DNA of 64,000 nucleotides from Octopus sinensis (GCF_006345805.1 NW_021833024.1:186001-250000); one strand, 5' to 3'. Shown: positions 1-11,599, counted from the stretch's first letter. Notes: generated by a model from the letters alone, not told the origin. Made by a program: numbers and translations.

Positions 1-1348
1 CCTTTGCATGAGCAACTCCGGAAGGTTGTGTGAGCGTGAGCAATCTTTCGACAACAAACTGTTTGACGAAAGTCATTTTCCTACCGACGACATAGAAGAA
101 ACAATCGGAAAAGAACTTAGAGATCGCACAACCGTCAAAGTATACATTTTATTTTTACAATTGTACAGATCACTATCATCCGAACACAAGAACCACTAGC
201 AAGATTCACGTGGAATGAACTTGGCACTAAAATTCGGAGCATGTTTGGGATATTCAAAAGCTCTTCTATTGCCTTCCTTCGATTTGTTCAAGTGTTGATG
301 TCCTTTATTTTCGTGACAATGTATAAAGAAGCGGTCGACTACTACGTTGGTTACTTGACTGATATACAATTTGACAACAATTATATTACTCAGAAATTCA
401 GGAAAAAAGATGCTATCGTGTTTAAAAATGTATATTTACTGGGTTTATCTTTTAGAAAAAAGGAAGACAAATATTGCCGCTGAAAAGTGCTGAAAAAGAA
501 AAATACATTGACGTAAAGGCAGCAAAAATGACTTCATTCGAAAAAACCACATTGTTCACAAATATCATAAAAATAACATTTTTGTGGATCATTCCAGTCA
601 GTGTAATGATTCTGGCCGACTATTTACTATACTACATCATTATGGAATTTAGAGAGATTTTTGTTGGAGGAATAAAAACAACTACGGCATCCAACCTAAA
701 ATCTGAGGATGTCAAAATTAACCACGAGGGTGTAAAAAAGTACATCGGAAAATTCCTTGGCGTATTTTTATGTTATAAACATCTATAGCTTGTCAAAATT
801 CTTGAAAGTGAATCTTTTTCTTTTGAGAACACGGAGTGCATTCCCAATCCCGTGCAAACACCAATAATCATCATCAAACAAATTTATTTTTGTTTTTTTG
901 TGATTATTCTTTCCTGCTTTGCCGAATCATATTTTTTACGTTTTCGTAGAATTATTTGCAGGTAAAATCTATAATGGAAAATTAATCTAGTTATTTTTTC
1001 CCAGAACGTGAAAGTAAAAGAATTGATTATTTGTGGGAGTCAATTTCGAGTTACCGTGAATGGCTGCACACTCGCTACGAAAAAATATTTCAGATTAGAA
1101 AAAAGAAATTAGAAGACAATGATTTTCTCGATTTGTCGAAATTTTTAGAAAAAAATATTGAAGAAATCGAAACGAACTATCAGGAAACAAATTGTTCATT
1201 TTGTGGAGAAAAAATGGAACAAAATTCAATTAATTGTCCTGATGATACCTGCTTTGGATCTTATTGCGTTTTTTGTTGGATTCGTTTAAACGAAAAATGT
1301 CTTCATGAGAAATATAAACATGAACAGCTATATATTTTTAACGAATAA
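1..1348 (+). CDS. DCST1/DCST2: DC-STAMP domain protein with C-terminal C4C4 RING (DCST1/DCST2, sneaky/spe-42 family); 5' end lies outside the window; 4 mini-introns
   Basis: Spliced translation gives YYVGYLTDIQFDNNYITQKF..LPLKSAEKEKYID (DC-STAMP core), CIPNP, YFLRFRRIICSYFFPERESKRI and a terminal CSFC..CPDDTC..YCVFCW..C. GT-AG introns restore the frame at each break. Paralog not resolvable. Confidence 0.85.
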
Positions 1349-1389
1349 ATTTACTTTATTTGTTTTCTTGCTTAGCAAAACCTTTAAAC

Positions 1390-1530
1390 CAGGGGTGCGC
1401 AAGCTTTTTGGGTTTGCGGCCGCATAGTATTTTTTTTCCTTCTCTTCCACGGCCGCACATTTTCTGCATTATTTTTTCGATATTAATATAGTAATTTTTT
1501 TTAATTATTAAAAGTGACCGCATAAGTTGC
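1390..1530. mobile_element. Truncated hAT-like terminus
   Basis: CAGGGGTGCGCAAGC terminal motif preceded by CTTTAAAC (nnnTAnnn, Buster-type target). No matching other end found; the right boundary is approximate. Confidence 0.4.
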
Positions 1531-1683
1531 CCATTGTCATCGAGACCGAATGAGTTCTAGAGTCTAATGTAACTGAGGCCATAGATGAAGTTATAAATAT
1601 AAAGTAAATAATATAAATATATAATTATTAGACCAACCCCTGTTAATTCTTCATTGGACAGACTAAGACTTATTCGAACTGCA

Positions 1684-2820
1684 ATGTCTGTCAAACCTCT
1701 TGTTGATATTCTCGACCAAAACGTTATTAATACACATAAAAAGGAACCAGAAGCCACATATAACTCGAATCCATTGCTAAATGTACTGCCCCCTCCAAAA
1801 AACTCATTTCTGGACGAGACCACTGAAGTAATCGAGGATGCTGACTATTCCCCGCCACAAATGGAGGATCCCCAACCAGATATGGAGGAACCTTCACAAG
1901 AGACCGAAGATGTCAGTCTTCTATTCGGAAAAGGACAGGTCCCTAGTCAAGTCGATATAATTGATGTTTTGGGTGGTGGAGGGCACTATACGGGACTGTC
2001 AGAGAACTTTCCAAAAAAGATTTGGTACTTTTGTCGAAGTGGTCGCAGTTTTTTTTGAAGATAATTAAAATTAATTAATTTTTTAGTGAAAAATAGATTA
2101 TTTAATTTATAACCCTCTATCATAATTTAAATGGTTATTAAAATTATTTAAAAATTTATTTAACCAATTTAGTCATTTTAGTACGCGGCATCCAAATTCC
2201 AGGACTGTAGAAGGAATTTATGTCTTTTACAATCTGTGCAAAAGATTCCTTATAGTTCTGTATTTGTTTTCGCCACATAAATTCTGAAAAATAACTAACT
2301 AAAAAAACCGGTACTTTTGTCGAAGTGGTCGCAGTTTTTTTTAGGCCTTTTAAAAAATCTAATAATTTTTGAGGTGGAATATATTATATTTTATTTAAGT
2401 CCTCTATCAATATTTAAAATATTATTAATTTTTACTAATTTATTTTCTAATTTGTTTAATATTATGGCGAGCATGTACCTAATATTGATATAAACTGGCA
2501 CTATAGGTCACATGGAAAATTCTGTTGTGGACTTATGCAACATCAAATTCCGACAGCTCCCAATAAGTAAGGAGGATGCAGTGCATTTTCTGTATAATAT
2601 TTTAAATTATTGATAGAGCGACTTAAATAAAATATAATATATTCCACCTCAAAAATTCTCTAAGAAAAAACGAATGGAGGCTGCTGGGTTGTTTGACAAA
2701 ACTTTGACTGCCCGTGAAAGACACAAAAACCAACTGACTTATTTGGCCCAACAGGTCAGGTCTGATTATGAGGGTCGTAGGCTCTGGAAAGAGAGAATGA
2801 AGTGTGGACTGACAATATGA
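1684..2820 (+). CDS. PRCC: PRCC-like protein (proline-rich mitotic checkpoint control factor), interrupted by a MITE
   Basis: The N-part has LLNVLPPPKN and an acidic region. The C-part KFSKKKRM..ARERHKNQLTYLAQQV resembles the PRCC C-terminal FSKKK..RRKHQITYL motif. The splice path across the insertion is uncertain. Confidence 0.6.
2024..2657. mobile_element. Two tandem/nested non-autonomous elements with GGTAC ends (Merlin-like MITE)
   Basis: GGTACTTTTGTCGAAGTGGTCGCAG occurs at both 2024 and 2310. Positions 2364-2424 are inverted-repeated at 2595-2657. The GGTAC terminus fits the GGNRM Merlin consensus (inference). Confidence 0.6.
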
Positions 2821-3079
2821 ATGCCTGTATGTTGCGTAGAGAGAGCAAGTCACGATATTGATTCTAATTTTTGTTTTTAAATATTTGTAATTTCTTAATT
2901 TTGTGGTATATTCGTTGCGGTATTTTGTGTTGTAGGAATCATTAGTGTTAAATTATGTGTAAATAAATATACTAAGCTGCCTTCGGAAACAGAGGATGGG
3001 GCAGTTAAAATTGAAAATAAATTAGGAAATTGTCATATTTTGTTTTTTTTATTGTTAAAAAATGGCAATTTAACTATCT

Positions 3080-3400
3080 GGAAAAATAAGAGTTGTCGTC
3101 AATGGGGAAGAAATGCTGAAAGCAATATTTTTTTGGGAAATCAATAGACGGATGTACATATACAGAACTACGATGATAAAACTGAATTGGATTTGGAGTA
3201 GCAAAGATGTCTCCCAGTTTTTCTCTATGGCTGTGAATCTTAAAAATTGTCCAAAGCAGACAGCAATTGAAAGTAAACTACGACAAAATATTAAATGACA
3301 AAGTTCTTGTAAAACCATCATTATCGATAATTTGGAAAAGAAAATTCTGATATCTGCATTTACTGGAAAAGAAAAAAGGAAAAACAAAATTAATTTAGAC
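3080..3400 (+). mobile_element. Degenerate RTE-type reverse transcriptase fragment
   Basis: One frame reads RCLPVFLYGCES*, similar to the RTE LLYGCESW motif; many stops. Confidence 0.35.
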
Positions 3401-3407
3401 ATGGTTT

Positions 3408-3530
3408 TTTCTCCAGTTGATCTCCGTTGCTATCGTGAGAGGCAACGCAACGTCAATTATGTTGGCTGGGTCCACTTCGGATGGATGGCTTTGTTAACTT
3501 CCAGTAAATTACAATTATGTTCTATTTTTT
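3408..3530 (+). mobile_element. CRE-type retrotransposon extreme 3' end
   Basis: Near-identical to the 3' ends at 35067 and 40764 (QLISVAIVRGNATSIMLAGSTSDGW). Confidence 0.85.
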
Positions 3531-3544
3531 TTAAATCTTGAATT

Positions 3545-4178
3545 TTTTTTAATGGGAATTGTATTTCGTTAGTTTTGCATATTCGCCTCGGCCGACGAAC
3601 CGGGTCGACAAGCCGTGGAATTCAAAGCTCCCTTGGCAAAAGAGTCGGCACAGGTGACGTCCCAAACAAGCTGCTTGCCGGATTCAAAAGCAAAAAGTAT
3701 ACAGCCGTCTGGACGTTTTGCATCTTCAAGGACAAATCCCGTCGGTTCCAGAATTGAAGGAAAACCAGGTCTTTCCAGAGCTTTGTGAATTAGATTGTTA
3801 ATTATATTGTTAAATCGGCCGGCGCTCATTCGACAAGACAGAGGATGTAGCGTCAACTTTATCCCCACCACGACAGGGGTGAGGTCTGCAGACAGGGAGT
3901 CCAAGGAAGATACCCAAACGGAGTGAATCCCTATCGAGGACAGTGAAGGGAGTACATTCAGCCAGGAGTATGGCTGACAGGCGGAACGGAAACAAGCCAG
4001 TCTGTGTTGGTCGAGAGTGGTTCCAAGTCAGTTGAAGATCGGCGGCAAAGAATTTGATCCCAATCCCGCTGAGAAAAGACATCGGAAGGGACTTCAGAGA
4101 AATTGTGTTTCCAAAATGCGAGGGCCGAATCGATATCAGAGTCCAACGATGATTCAGTAGTTGTTCTAAATTGTTCAT
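3545..4178 (-). mobile_element. CRE-type non-LTR retrotransposon fragment (post-RT region, Zn knuckle, RLE)
   Basis: HPLSC..GRFNNIINNLIHKAL..SILEPTG..KRPDG..GKQLVWDVTCADS; frameshifted. Lies tail-to-tail with the + strand CRE tip. Confidence 0.9.
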
Positions 4179-4197
4179 CTTATTAATGAAATTTACT

Positions 4198-4479
4198 ATT
4201 TAGACATTAAAAATCATTAAAAAAACCGGACATCATTTTTTAGAGATTGTAGTGCTGATTAAAGACAGAATTCGTAAAAGAATTTAATCGCGTTTACTCA
4301 GAGAACGAATATAACTTTTCAACCTTATGGTTTTTTTATGTAAATTTTCTGGAAGATCACTCATAGCCAAGGTGTATTTCGATTATAATCATCTCCTAAT
4401 TAGTGTTGCTTACGTTCTTAATTGAGTGCAGTGATAATTAGGTGGCAGACATGTATAAATTAGGGTATTCAATCGACGG
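4198..4479. repeat. ~280-bp dispersed repeat, copy A
   Basis: Near-identical reverse complement at 8081-8360. Confidence 0.9.
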
Positions 4480-4810
4480 GTCAATAAAAACAGGAACTAA
4501 TACATATCACAGACTAAGAGATAAATTGTTATTTAAAGCATTCTAAACGTTTAATTATCTATAAATAACTTATTTTTATTATGAAATTAAATTGATTATT
4601 ATAAATTTAAATAAAATATGTTATTTCAAATTTGTCGACCGTATTTGTCGTTTACAACAAAGTGAGTTTATTCATTATTAGCTAGGACGACTTTATTGGG
4701 GACTGTCAAAAACGAACAGCTGTGTTTAATTAATTTAATTATTGTTGTTTATTATTTGTTTCTTTCGATTATTATTTTATTAATTTTAAATAAATATTTA
4801 AAATTGTTCA

Positions 4811-5199
4811 TGTTGACGTGTCGTGTGGTCAATTCTCAACTTAAGGGGTTATTTCAGTGCAGAAATGTCGCTAATTTTACTGCAAAGACCCTCGACGAAT
4901 CAGTCAGTGGAGGATCCAAGAACTCAAAGGACAAGAGCAAATAAAGCTTATTTCCCTCCAGATAACTTGCTTGAAATTATAAAGAAAATAACCACTCAAT
5001 TTGGCGGGAAAAATCGAGCTGATTTTCTCGAAATTGAGCTGCCTAATACTAGAGATAAATTCCAGGTATATTTGAATAAAAAATCCTCAATTCACTCTTC
5101 AAGGAACTGGGACACGTGATCCCCAACAACATGCTTTCGGGGATAACACGTGTACAACATATTTACGATTTTTATTCCCGCGCTGCTAAATATTATTAG
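4811..5199 (+). CDS. MRPL50: Mitochondrial ribosomal protein L50
   Basis: KAYFPPDNL..FLEIELPNTRDKFQ..ELGHVIPNNMLSGITRVQHIYDFY matches the mL50 pattern (AYxPP; KF; LGHxVPNxxL; V..FY). First intron and start codon are ambiguous. Confidence 0.8.
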
Positions 5200-5246
5200 G
5201 TCAGTCTGTAATTATTTTTTAATTAACATTGTGTGTTTAGGTCATT

Positions 5247-5640
5247 ATGAGGAAATTACTCAATGCATTGGCCACTTTGCTCACTCTACGAGGCTTTTGT
5301 GGAGGGGACTGATCCTTGACTGTAAATAAAACATGTTCCTCCGTGTTGCTCAGACAGGACTTTATCACCACTGAGGAAGAAGACCTACTGACCAAAGAGG
5401 TCCACTATCATCTAAAAAGAGCCAAATATCAAAACAACCATTTGGATGATGTAAGATACACCACATGAGGCCATTGTGGGCTTCAGAGAACTGGAGAGAC
5501 GGGACTGGTCTCCCCCATTTCCCCTATTACTCGTGCGAGATAGACTGTCTTCAAGGAGACGGCGAAATAATGCCCTCTTTCCACGTGCTGGATTTGAGCG
5601 AGGATGGGTACATTTAGCCGCATGTGGACAGTCCGAGGGT
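5247..5640 (+). pseudogene. ALKBH7: ALKBH7 pseudogene (mitochondrial 2OG-Fe(II) dioxygenase), 3'-truncated
   Basis: DFITTEEEDLLTKEV..KRAKYQNNHLDD|AIVGFRELERRDWS and HVLDLSEDGYI*PHVDS. In-frame TGA at 5310-5312, TAG at 5615-5617, and a frameshift near 5530. The C-terminal half was not found. Confidence 0.85.
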
Positions 5641-5739
5641 TAGAGAATAGTTGAGCGTTTTAATCACAGAATTACAAAATCACTTTCGAATTTGAAGTAT
5701 CCTAATAAAAATAAATGTGTCTCGATTTTTCAATCTACA

Positions 5740-5960
5740 TACAACAATACACTCATTATCAAATGATACCCCATTCAAGGGTTATCGAGGAATTTTGAGT
5801 CTTTACCACCCAATTGGAACAAATGTCGATCGAGCATGATGGAGGGTGTTTTAGCATCAACCATCTCATGTTCATAGACGACATTTAACTGTTCACTCTA
5901 CTAACACCGAATTCTTACTAAGGTGGAGTGGGTTAAGTGTATCCCAAAGGGGTCAAGTCA
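5740..5960 (+). mobile_element. Degenerate non-LTR RT fragment (R4/NeSL-like)
   Basis: INHLMFIDDI*LF, an RT catalytic motif; a similar motif occurs near 59000. Confidence 0.55.
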
Positions 5961-5999
5961 CACTTATAGATTATGAGATGTGTATGATGGCGTCACTCG

Positions 6000-6110
6000 T
6001 CAAACCCGAACGGAGCTTCCAGCACAGGCAGCCGCTGGGATTCGAACCCTTGAGTGATGGTATCGGTTGATTCTAATCCATGCATTGCGATGCATTTTTC
6101 AACACTGAAT
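6000..6110 (-). repeat. tRNA-derived remnant or SINE head
   Basis: B-box GGTTCGAATCC on the minus strand, but no cloverleaf or clear A-box. Confidence 0.25.
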
Positions 6111-6339
6111 TAAGTTGCTACTGATTCCTACTTGACTTTTGAGAAAAGAGCTAACATATATACTTTCCCTTTTTTGTCTTTTCTTTTGATTCAAAAAAAT
6201 TCTTTTTTATTGTTATCTTTATTTGTTTGTTCGCTTTTTTGGGAGCCAAAGTTAGTCAATTTTTTCAGATTTTAACAGTACACATATTGAACTTCATTTA
6301 CACAAAAAAGGCAATCTGATGAAATAAGGCAATTTATCA

Positions 6340-6560
6340 ATTATATCAACTCTGTTCCGTCGATATAGACATAGCTTTCGACTTAGCTTTAAGGAAGATT
6401 CTATTAAGGAAAATAATTTAAAACAAGTTTCTAGGGAAGCTCAAACTATGGATCACCAACTTTCTAAGTAGACGAAGGAGTAGGGTGTGCCTCACAGGAC
6501 TGAAATCTATGTTACGTTTTCTGCCTAGTAAGACACTGGTATTGACCAAAAATATGGATC
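6340..6560 (+). mobile_element. LINE RT fragment
   Basis: AFD..KLKLWITNFLSRRRSRVCLTGLKS; same family as 31650-32900. Confidence 0.65.
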
Positions 6561-7668
6561 CAAAACAATAGTAAGACATCATCCTGGCATCAATAAACAT
6601 CATTTGCGATTTAAAATTATAATTAAAGATGTCTCATTTTTAGTTAATTAACCAAGAATCGATGAAAGCGAATTTTACGTGACAACTGGCTAATTTTTTT
6701 CCTTACGACGACACCAACTATTTTTAATTTCGATGCCTGTTTTTTATGAGCCAGTATTCTTTTCCATTATCTACCCCATATTAACACGTTTTATGTACGC
6801 GGTCACATCGAGGATTATCAAAAATTCCTATAATTCTACACAATTATACCTCCTGAATACAAATAATTTGATATACAAATTTTAATCCAAATAGGACCAA
6901 TTTCCAGTAAAATTCTTAATGCCAAGGAATGATAGACATAATTTGTGAATACTACTGGATTGTTTTTATATCTGCATTCTTATTTCTATTATAAAGTGCA
7001 GTTTCATAAACCATTCCTAGATAAGGGTACTGTTCAGTTGTGCTGATTCCCCAATTTTGAATGATATATTCATAAGCGTAATACGGGTATCCGCTTTTAC
7101 ATCGACAATACTTACAGCAATCAAGCACGTTTTGTTCACTAAGACTAACTAACTTGCCATGCTTAAGCGCATATATACTTTCTATACTGGAAATCTGGAG
7201 AGTATTTATTTACAAACTGAGCTAAATATACAGCATGATCCACAATCAAGCTGATTTTTAACATTTGTGACTACATTTTTATCACATTTTAATATCCAAT
7301 TAACAGATTATAGTAAACCCCTGATTCTTCAGCTAATTACTACTAGGGCAATAGGCAGTTATAGAACATGTAAAAAAACGGCAATGGAACATGTCCTGCC
7401 TCGTTCTGTTGATGAAAGTTTAAGTCTCCTTTATCTGGGAACAAACTCAATATTAAACGCGTTGAAAGTAATTATCTTCTCTAGAGGCAAACAGGACAGC
7501 TTAATAACGATAAACCACCAATGGTAGTTGGTTAAACTGCAACCCCTGTAAGACAACTGAGAGGAACGAATCAGTGAGTATCGGAGTCTGCCTACGCTTA
7601 TTTTAAAGGGTTAGCATATAATTAATTCATAAAAACAGCAAATTAAATAATTTTAAAATTTTAAAAAA

Positions 7669-7740
7669 TGGAGATGCCGGGAATCGAACCCGGAACCTTC
7701 CGCATGCGAAGCAGACATCATACCACTAGACCACATCCCC
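7669..7740 (-). tRNA. trnA-CGC: tRNA-Ala (anticodon CGC)
   Basis: The reverse complement GGGGATGTGGTCTAGTGGTATGATGTCTGCTTCGCATGCGGAAGGTTCCGGGTTCGATTCCCGGCATCTCCA forms a full cloverleaf with A and B boxes. Confidence 0.97.
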
Positions 7741-7798
7741 ATTTTTAGGTATCAGGCTAAATTCTGTTTTCATCACATCTCCAACGATTCTTTTAGAC

Positions 7799-8080
7799 CA
7801 GGCGTGTCAAACTCATTTTTTCCGCGGGCCGGATTAAAGAATTTTTAGGCTCCGCGGGCCAGACTATTTATTTTTGATTTAACAAAATTCATACTATGAT
7901 TTTTAATTTATAATTTTAATTTAAAATCATTTAACAACACATTTATTAATTTTTATAATTAAAATATGTTTCAGCAACTTGACATCTTTTTTTTCTTCAT
8001 AATAGCGTCAATATCTGGAGTTAAATCCTGAGTTACAGTCAATCTTAGAATCTCATTAAAGAGAAAAGTTGTTCACATAT
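7799..8080 (-). mobile_element. hAT (SPIN/Buster-like) 3' end
   Basis: Terminus CAGGCGTGTCAAACTC after TTTTAGAC. The minus strand encodes NEILRLTVTQDLTPDIDAIMKKKRCQ, like a hAT transposase C-terminus. Confidence 0.7.
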
Positions 8081-8360
8081 CCGTCGATTGAATACCCTAA
8101 TTTATACATGTCTGCCACCTAATTATCACTGCACTCAATTAAGAACGTAAGCAACACTAATTAGGAGATGATTATAATCGAAATACACCTTGGCTATGAG
8201 TGATCTTCCAGAAAATTTACATAAAAAGGACCATAAGGTTGAAAAGTTATATTCGTTCTCTGAGTAAACGCGATTAAATTTTTTACGAATTCTGTCTTTA
8301 ATCAGCACTACAATCTCTAAAAAATGATGCCCGGTTTTTTAATGATTTTTAATGTCTAAA
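8081..8360. repeat. ~280-bp dispersed repeat, copy B (inverted relative to copy A)
   Basis: Reverse complement of 4198-4479 with a handful of differences. Confidence 0.9.
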
Positions 8361-8655
8361 ATTTAGACTATACTGCGATTTTGATCATAGGATCATTTTA
8401 AAATCTGTCATCCAGGAAATCAACCTCTCACCCTTCTCGATTTTTAGATTTTATTCCTTAAATGAATCCCTGAAGCGTCAATACCGGAATGAGACATATG
8501 AAGAAAATGAAAGAGTATCCCTGACTTGTCTGATAGTTTAATCAGCTCCATGAAATCAACATGAAACATACTTCATATTTTGTACATATTCATTTTTAAT
8601 AAATTAATAAAAATTTGACCCCAAGGATATTGTATTTAATAATAAATATTTTCAA

Positions 8656-11048
8656 ATGAGCGATGTGGAAGACCTCGTATCCTATCTAAATAATACAATC
8701 GGGGCTATCATTCCCGAACACGAGTCATTGAAAAGCCTCAGAAAATCTCTTGAAAATGATATTTCTGCAATAAATGTATTTTAACATATTCAACTAGACA
8801 GGCTAATTTTGAAGACTTACATTCACCAAAGGAATTAGCCAATTTAAAATCAGACTTGGCCGGTCTAAAAGAACAAATAAATTGCATAATAAACAAACGG
8901 GAGTCACTCAGAATTGACTACACTCAACTCAAGATTCCCCATACAATTGAGGAAATGGGAGAAAGTGTCTCGGAACAGAAGAAAGCGCTTTTAGCAGCTG
9001 CTTTTTTAAGTTTTGGGCAAAAAATAAGTAATTTGGTGTAAGATTTGTAATTGAGTGATTTTAAGTGGTTTGGTTTTAAAAAACATGACTTTTGAACATT
9101 TTACTGAAGCGGTCAAATATAGTGAGTCTATTTTTGATATTTCCCTTCAACTTGAAGCTACAAAATCCCAAAAAATGCTCGATTTTGTGGACAAATCACA
9201 AAAATATGTACAAAAAAATATACTTGAATTTCTTTCTCGGTAAGTTAATTTTTTATAAAACAGCGAATTGTGGAGTATTGTGAAAGACGATTTCCCAAAT
9301 CTCAAGACAGATCCTCCAGAAAGAGCAAAAAAACTGGATTCGGTCAAATTTCAAACTATTTTTGAGTATTTTCACTTTTTTGAGTATTTTCTGGCATTAA
9401 ACTTTAAAGAAAACAGTCAACTTATTTTTCAAAGTCGAATAAAACTGAATCGAAAAATATTCAAAATTGCCTGATTTCTAAAACTCTGGCTGAACCGTTT
9501 TTGAAAAGATTTCGCTACCATTTTACATCCAAATCTCAAACCAACTCTCTATCCAGACCAGAATGGTATCTCCAGAAAGTTTATTCCTGGATTTTGAACA
9601 ACGTGGAGTTTCTAACCCTCCAATTACAGCCATTAATTCTACCCAAATACTCCATCAATTTACAAGTATTAGATATATAATATTCGAGAACGAGTTTATA
9701 AATTTGCTTTTAAGTGCTGTTGTGAGTAAGATTGATGGTGATTTGGATGATTTGCTTGGAGATGATTATTTGTTGTCTCATTATATTGACGAATTGGTGC
9801 TTTTCCAAACTAGATTGGCCAAATTGACCAACGTTTCTTCCAGTTATGTCCTTATTGAGTATTTAACTGGAAATGAACGCTTTCGATCTGCTTGGATTCG
9901 GATTGAGGATGATTGTTGGGTCTAAATGTTTATTCTTGTAGGTATAAAAAGAAAAATGAGGAATATTTTGAAGCGAATTGATGACGGTTTTGAGGGAAGA
10001 ATTATTATGAATGAATTTTCTTGGCTAGTGGCCTCAATTCGAGGTTGATAATGAATTTTGTGCTGATTGTGGCAGAAAGAATTTCCATTGCTTGTGAAAT
10101 AAAGTTCAAATATGAATTATATGATATTCTCCTCAATGTAACGTGCGATTTGGTTAAGGAAGTCACAAAAAGAGCCAAACCTGCACTTTTGAGTGACAAA
10201 TTATACATTGGCCTTAATTTCCTCGGCGAGATTCGTCGCTTATTTTATGAATTGAATTTCCACATGGTTTAAATGTTTTAACCATTTCGAGGATTTTTGT
10301 TTTGCTTTTTCTTGTTCATTGTCGCCGGATTGTGATGATTTTTATACTCGGGGGCCCTTTGATGTAATAATTACACAACTTTGTGGATCGATTGATAAAT
10401 TCGTTGATGTTTTGGCTGGTAAAATTGTGGCTCAGTTGGATTTGATTGTTGGCATTTGGTTATCAGAAAAGTTCTATTAGTTTGTAAATTCTAGTTGGAT
10501 TTCGAGTAAGGGCTTGGATTCAGTTCTGGTTATGTCAGAGGGTGCACAGAAGGTGTATTTGAGCATTGAATCTGCCTTAGAAGATGCCAAATTGAGAGTT
10601 TCCGACTCAGTCTTTTGGACTTTGGTAAGAGTTATAGCTTGTAGGGTTGACAAATGGCTTTTTGATAATGTTAGTGTCTACATGTTTATAAAAAGATTAT
10701 TTGTCAAACCAGTTTTGGGGCATCTGGGGCGAGGAGGATAAGTTTTGAGATCAAAGATTGTTTGGTAGGAGAGTTATTTACGAAATATAAATGTTCTTAT
10801 TCAGACAACCTCGATGACTTTTTTGCACTGTAATTTATATTATTAAGTTTAGTTGTCAAGATGCGATTACTCTGTTACAGATTGATGTGGTGACTGCTAG
10901 ACTATTGGCCAAGTTGGTGGTTTTGTGCCAAAATACGTCAATGTCATCTGACTTTGAAGATTTGAATCTTTTATTGAGCCGATTGAATATTCGTGTGCTG
11001 GGGAATGCCGAAATTCATCATATTTTAAAAAAGCGTCCTGATATTTGA
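8656..11048 (+). CDS. RINT1: RAD50-interacting protein 1 (RINT1/TIP20), multi-exon
   Basis: EPFLKRFRYHFTSKSQTNSLSRPEWY, DDYLLSHYIDELVLF and RSAWIRIEDD are RINT1/TIP20 signatures; mini-introns join the exons. Confidence 0.88.
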
Positions 11049-11186
11049 TTTTTATAATTTATTTTTTTCTGCTACAAAAGTACCGAAAAGGTACTTTAGC
11101 CTAATAATTCCTTAAACTTGGAAAAATGAAATTTTTGAACAAGTTTCAAATAGGGTTTAAATTAAATTCAATGTTATTCACAAAAC

Positions 11187-11500
11187 TTATTGAATTTTTC
11201 GAATTTCGGCTTTTACTAAATATGCCAAATCTGGATTTTCAGATTCCCATTTTTCTGCTGAGTTGTCATTGAGCCAGTTTGTTGAATTGATTGTATTGCG
11301 TAGATTTGTGATTAATTTTTCTTTTAAATATAAAAATAAAAAATGTAAACCTATGCTATTCAACTCTGAATTCATCACAAATTCGTTAGCTACTATGATT
11401 TTATTAATAAAATTATTTTTATTATGACATAATTTGATATACAAAATAAACCTACAATAATATCCGACCTTCAATAGATTTACAAAAAACATTTGATTTT
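11187..11500 (-). CDS. Uncharacterised gene 3' exons (convergent with RINT1)
   Basis: An open frame with typical GTTT..TAG/AAG mini-introns ends ..INSTNWLNDNSAEKWESENPDLAYLVKAEIRKIQ*. No family recognised. Confidence 0.3.
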
Positions 11501-11599
11501 TAAAGTAGATAACTCTTCTGCTTCAACAGATTATTGTTTGATAATCTGTATGCTATACAAATTGATGACTAACGTGGTGGCTTATTATTATTAATAAGC

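Noticed and set aside
5310-5617. Stop-codon reassignment (TGA/TAG read as sense) suggested by the ALKBH7 in-frame stops
   Set aside because: TAG, TGA and TAA all end conserved genes here (gamma-tubulin TAG, SRPK TGA, SBDS TAA), and ALKBH7 also has a frameshift and truncation.
6000-6110. tRNA-Sec or other functional tRNA near the B-box
   Set aside because: No acceptor stem, cloverleaf or UCA anticodon arm could be built.
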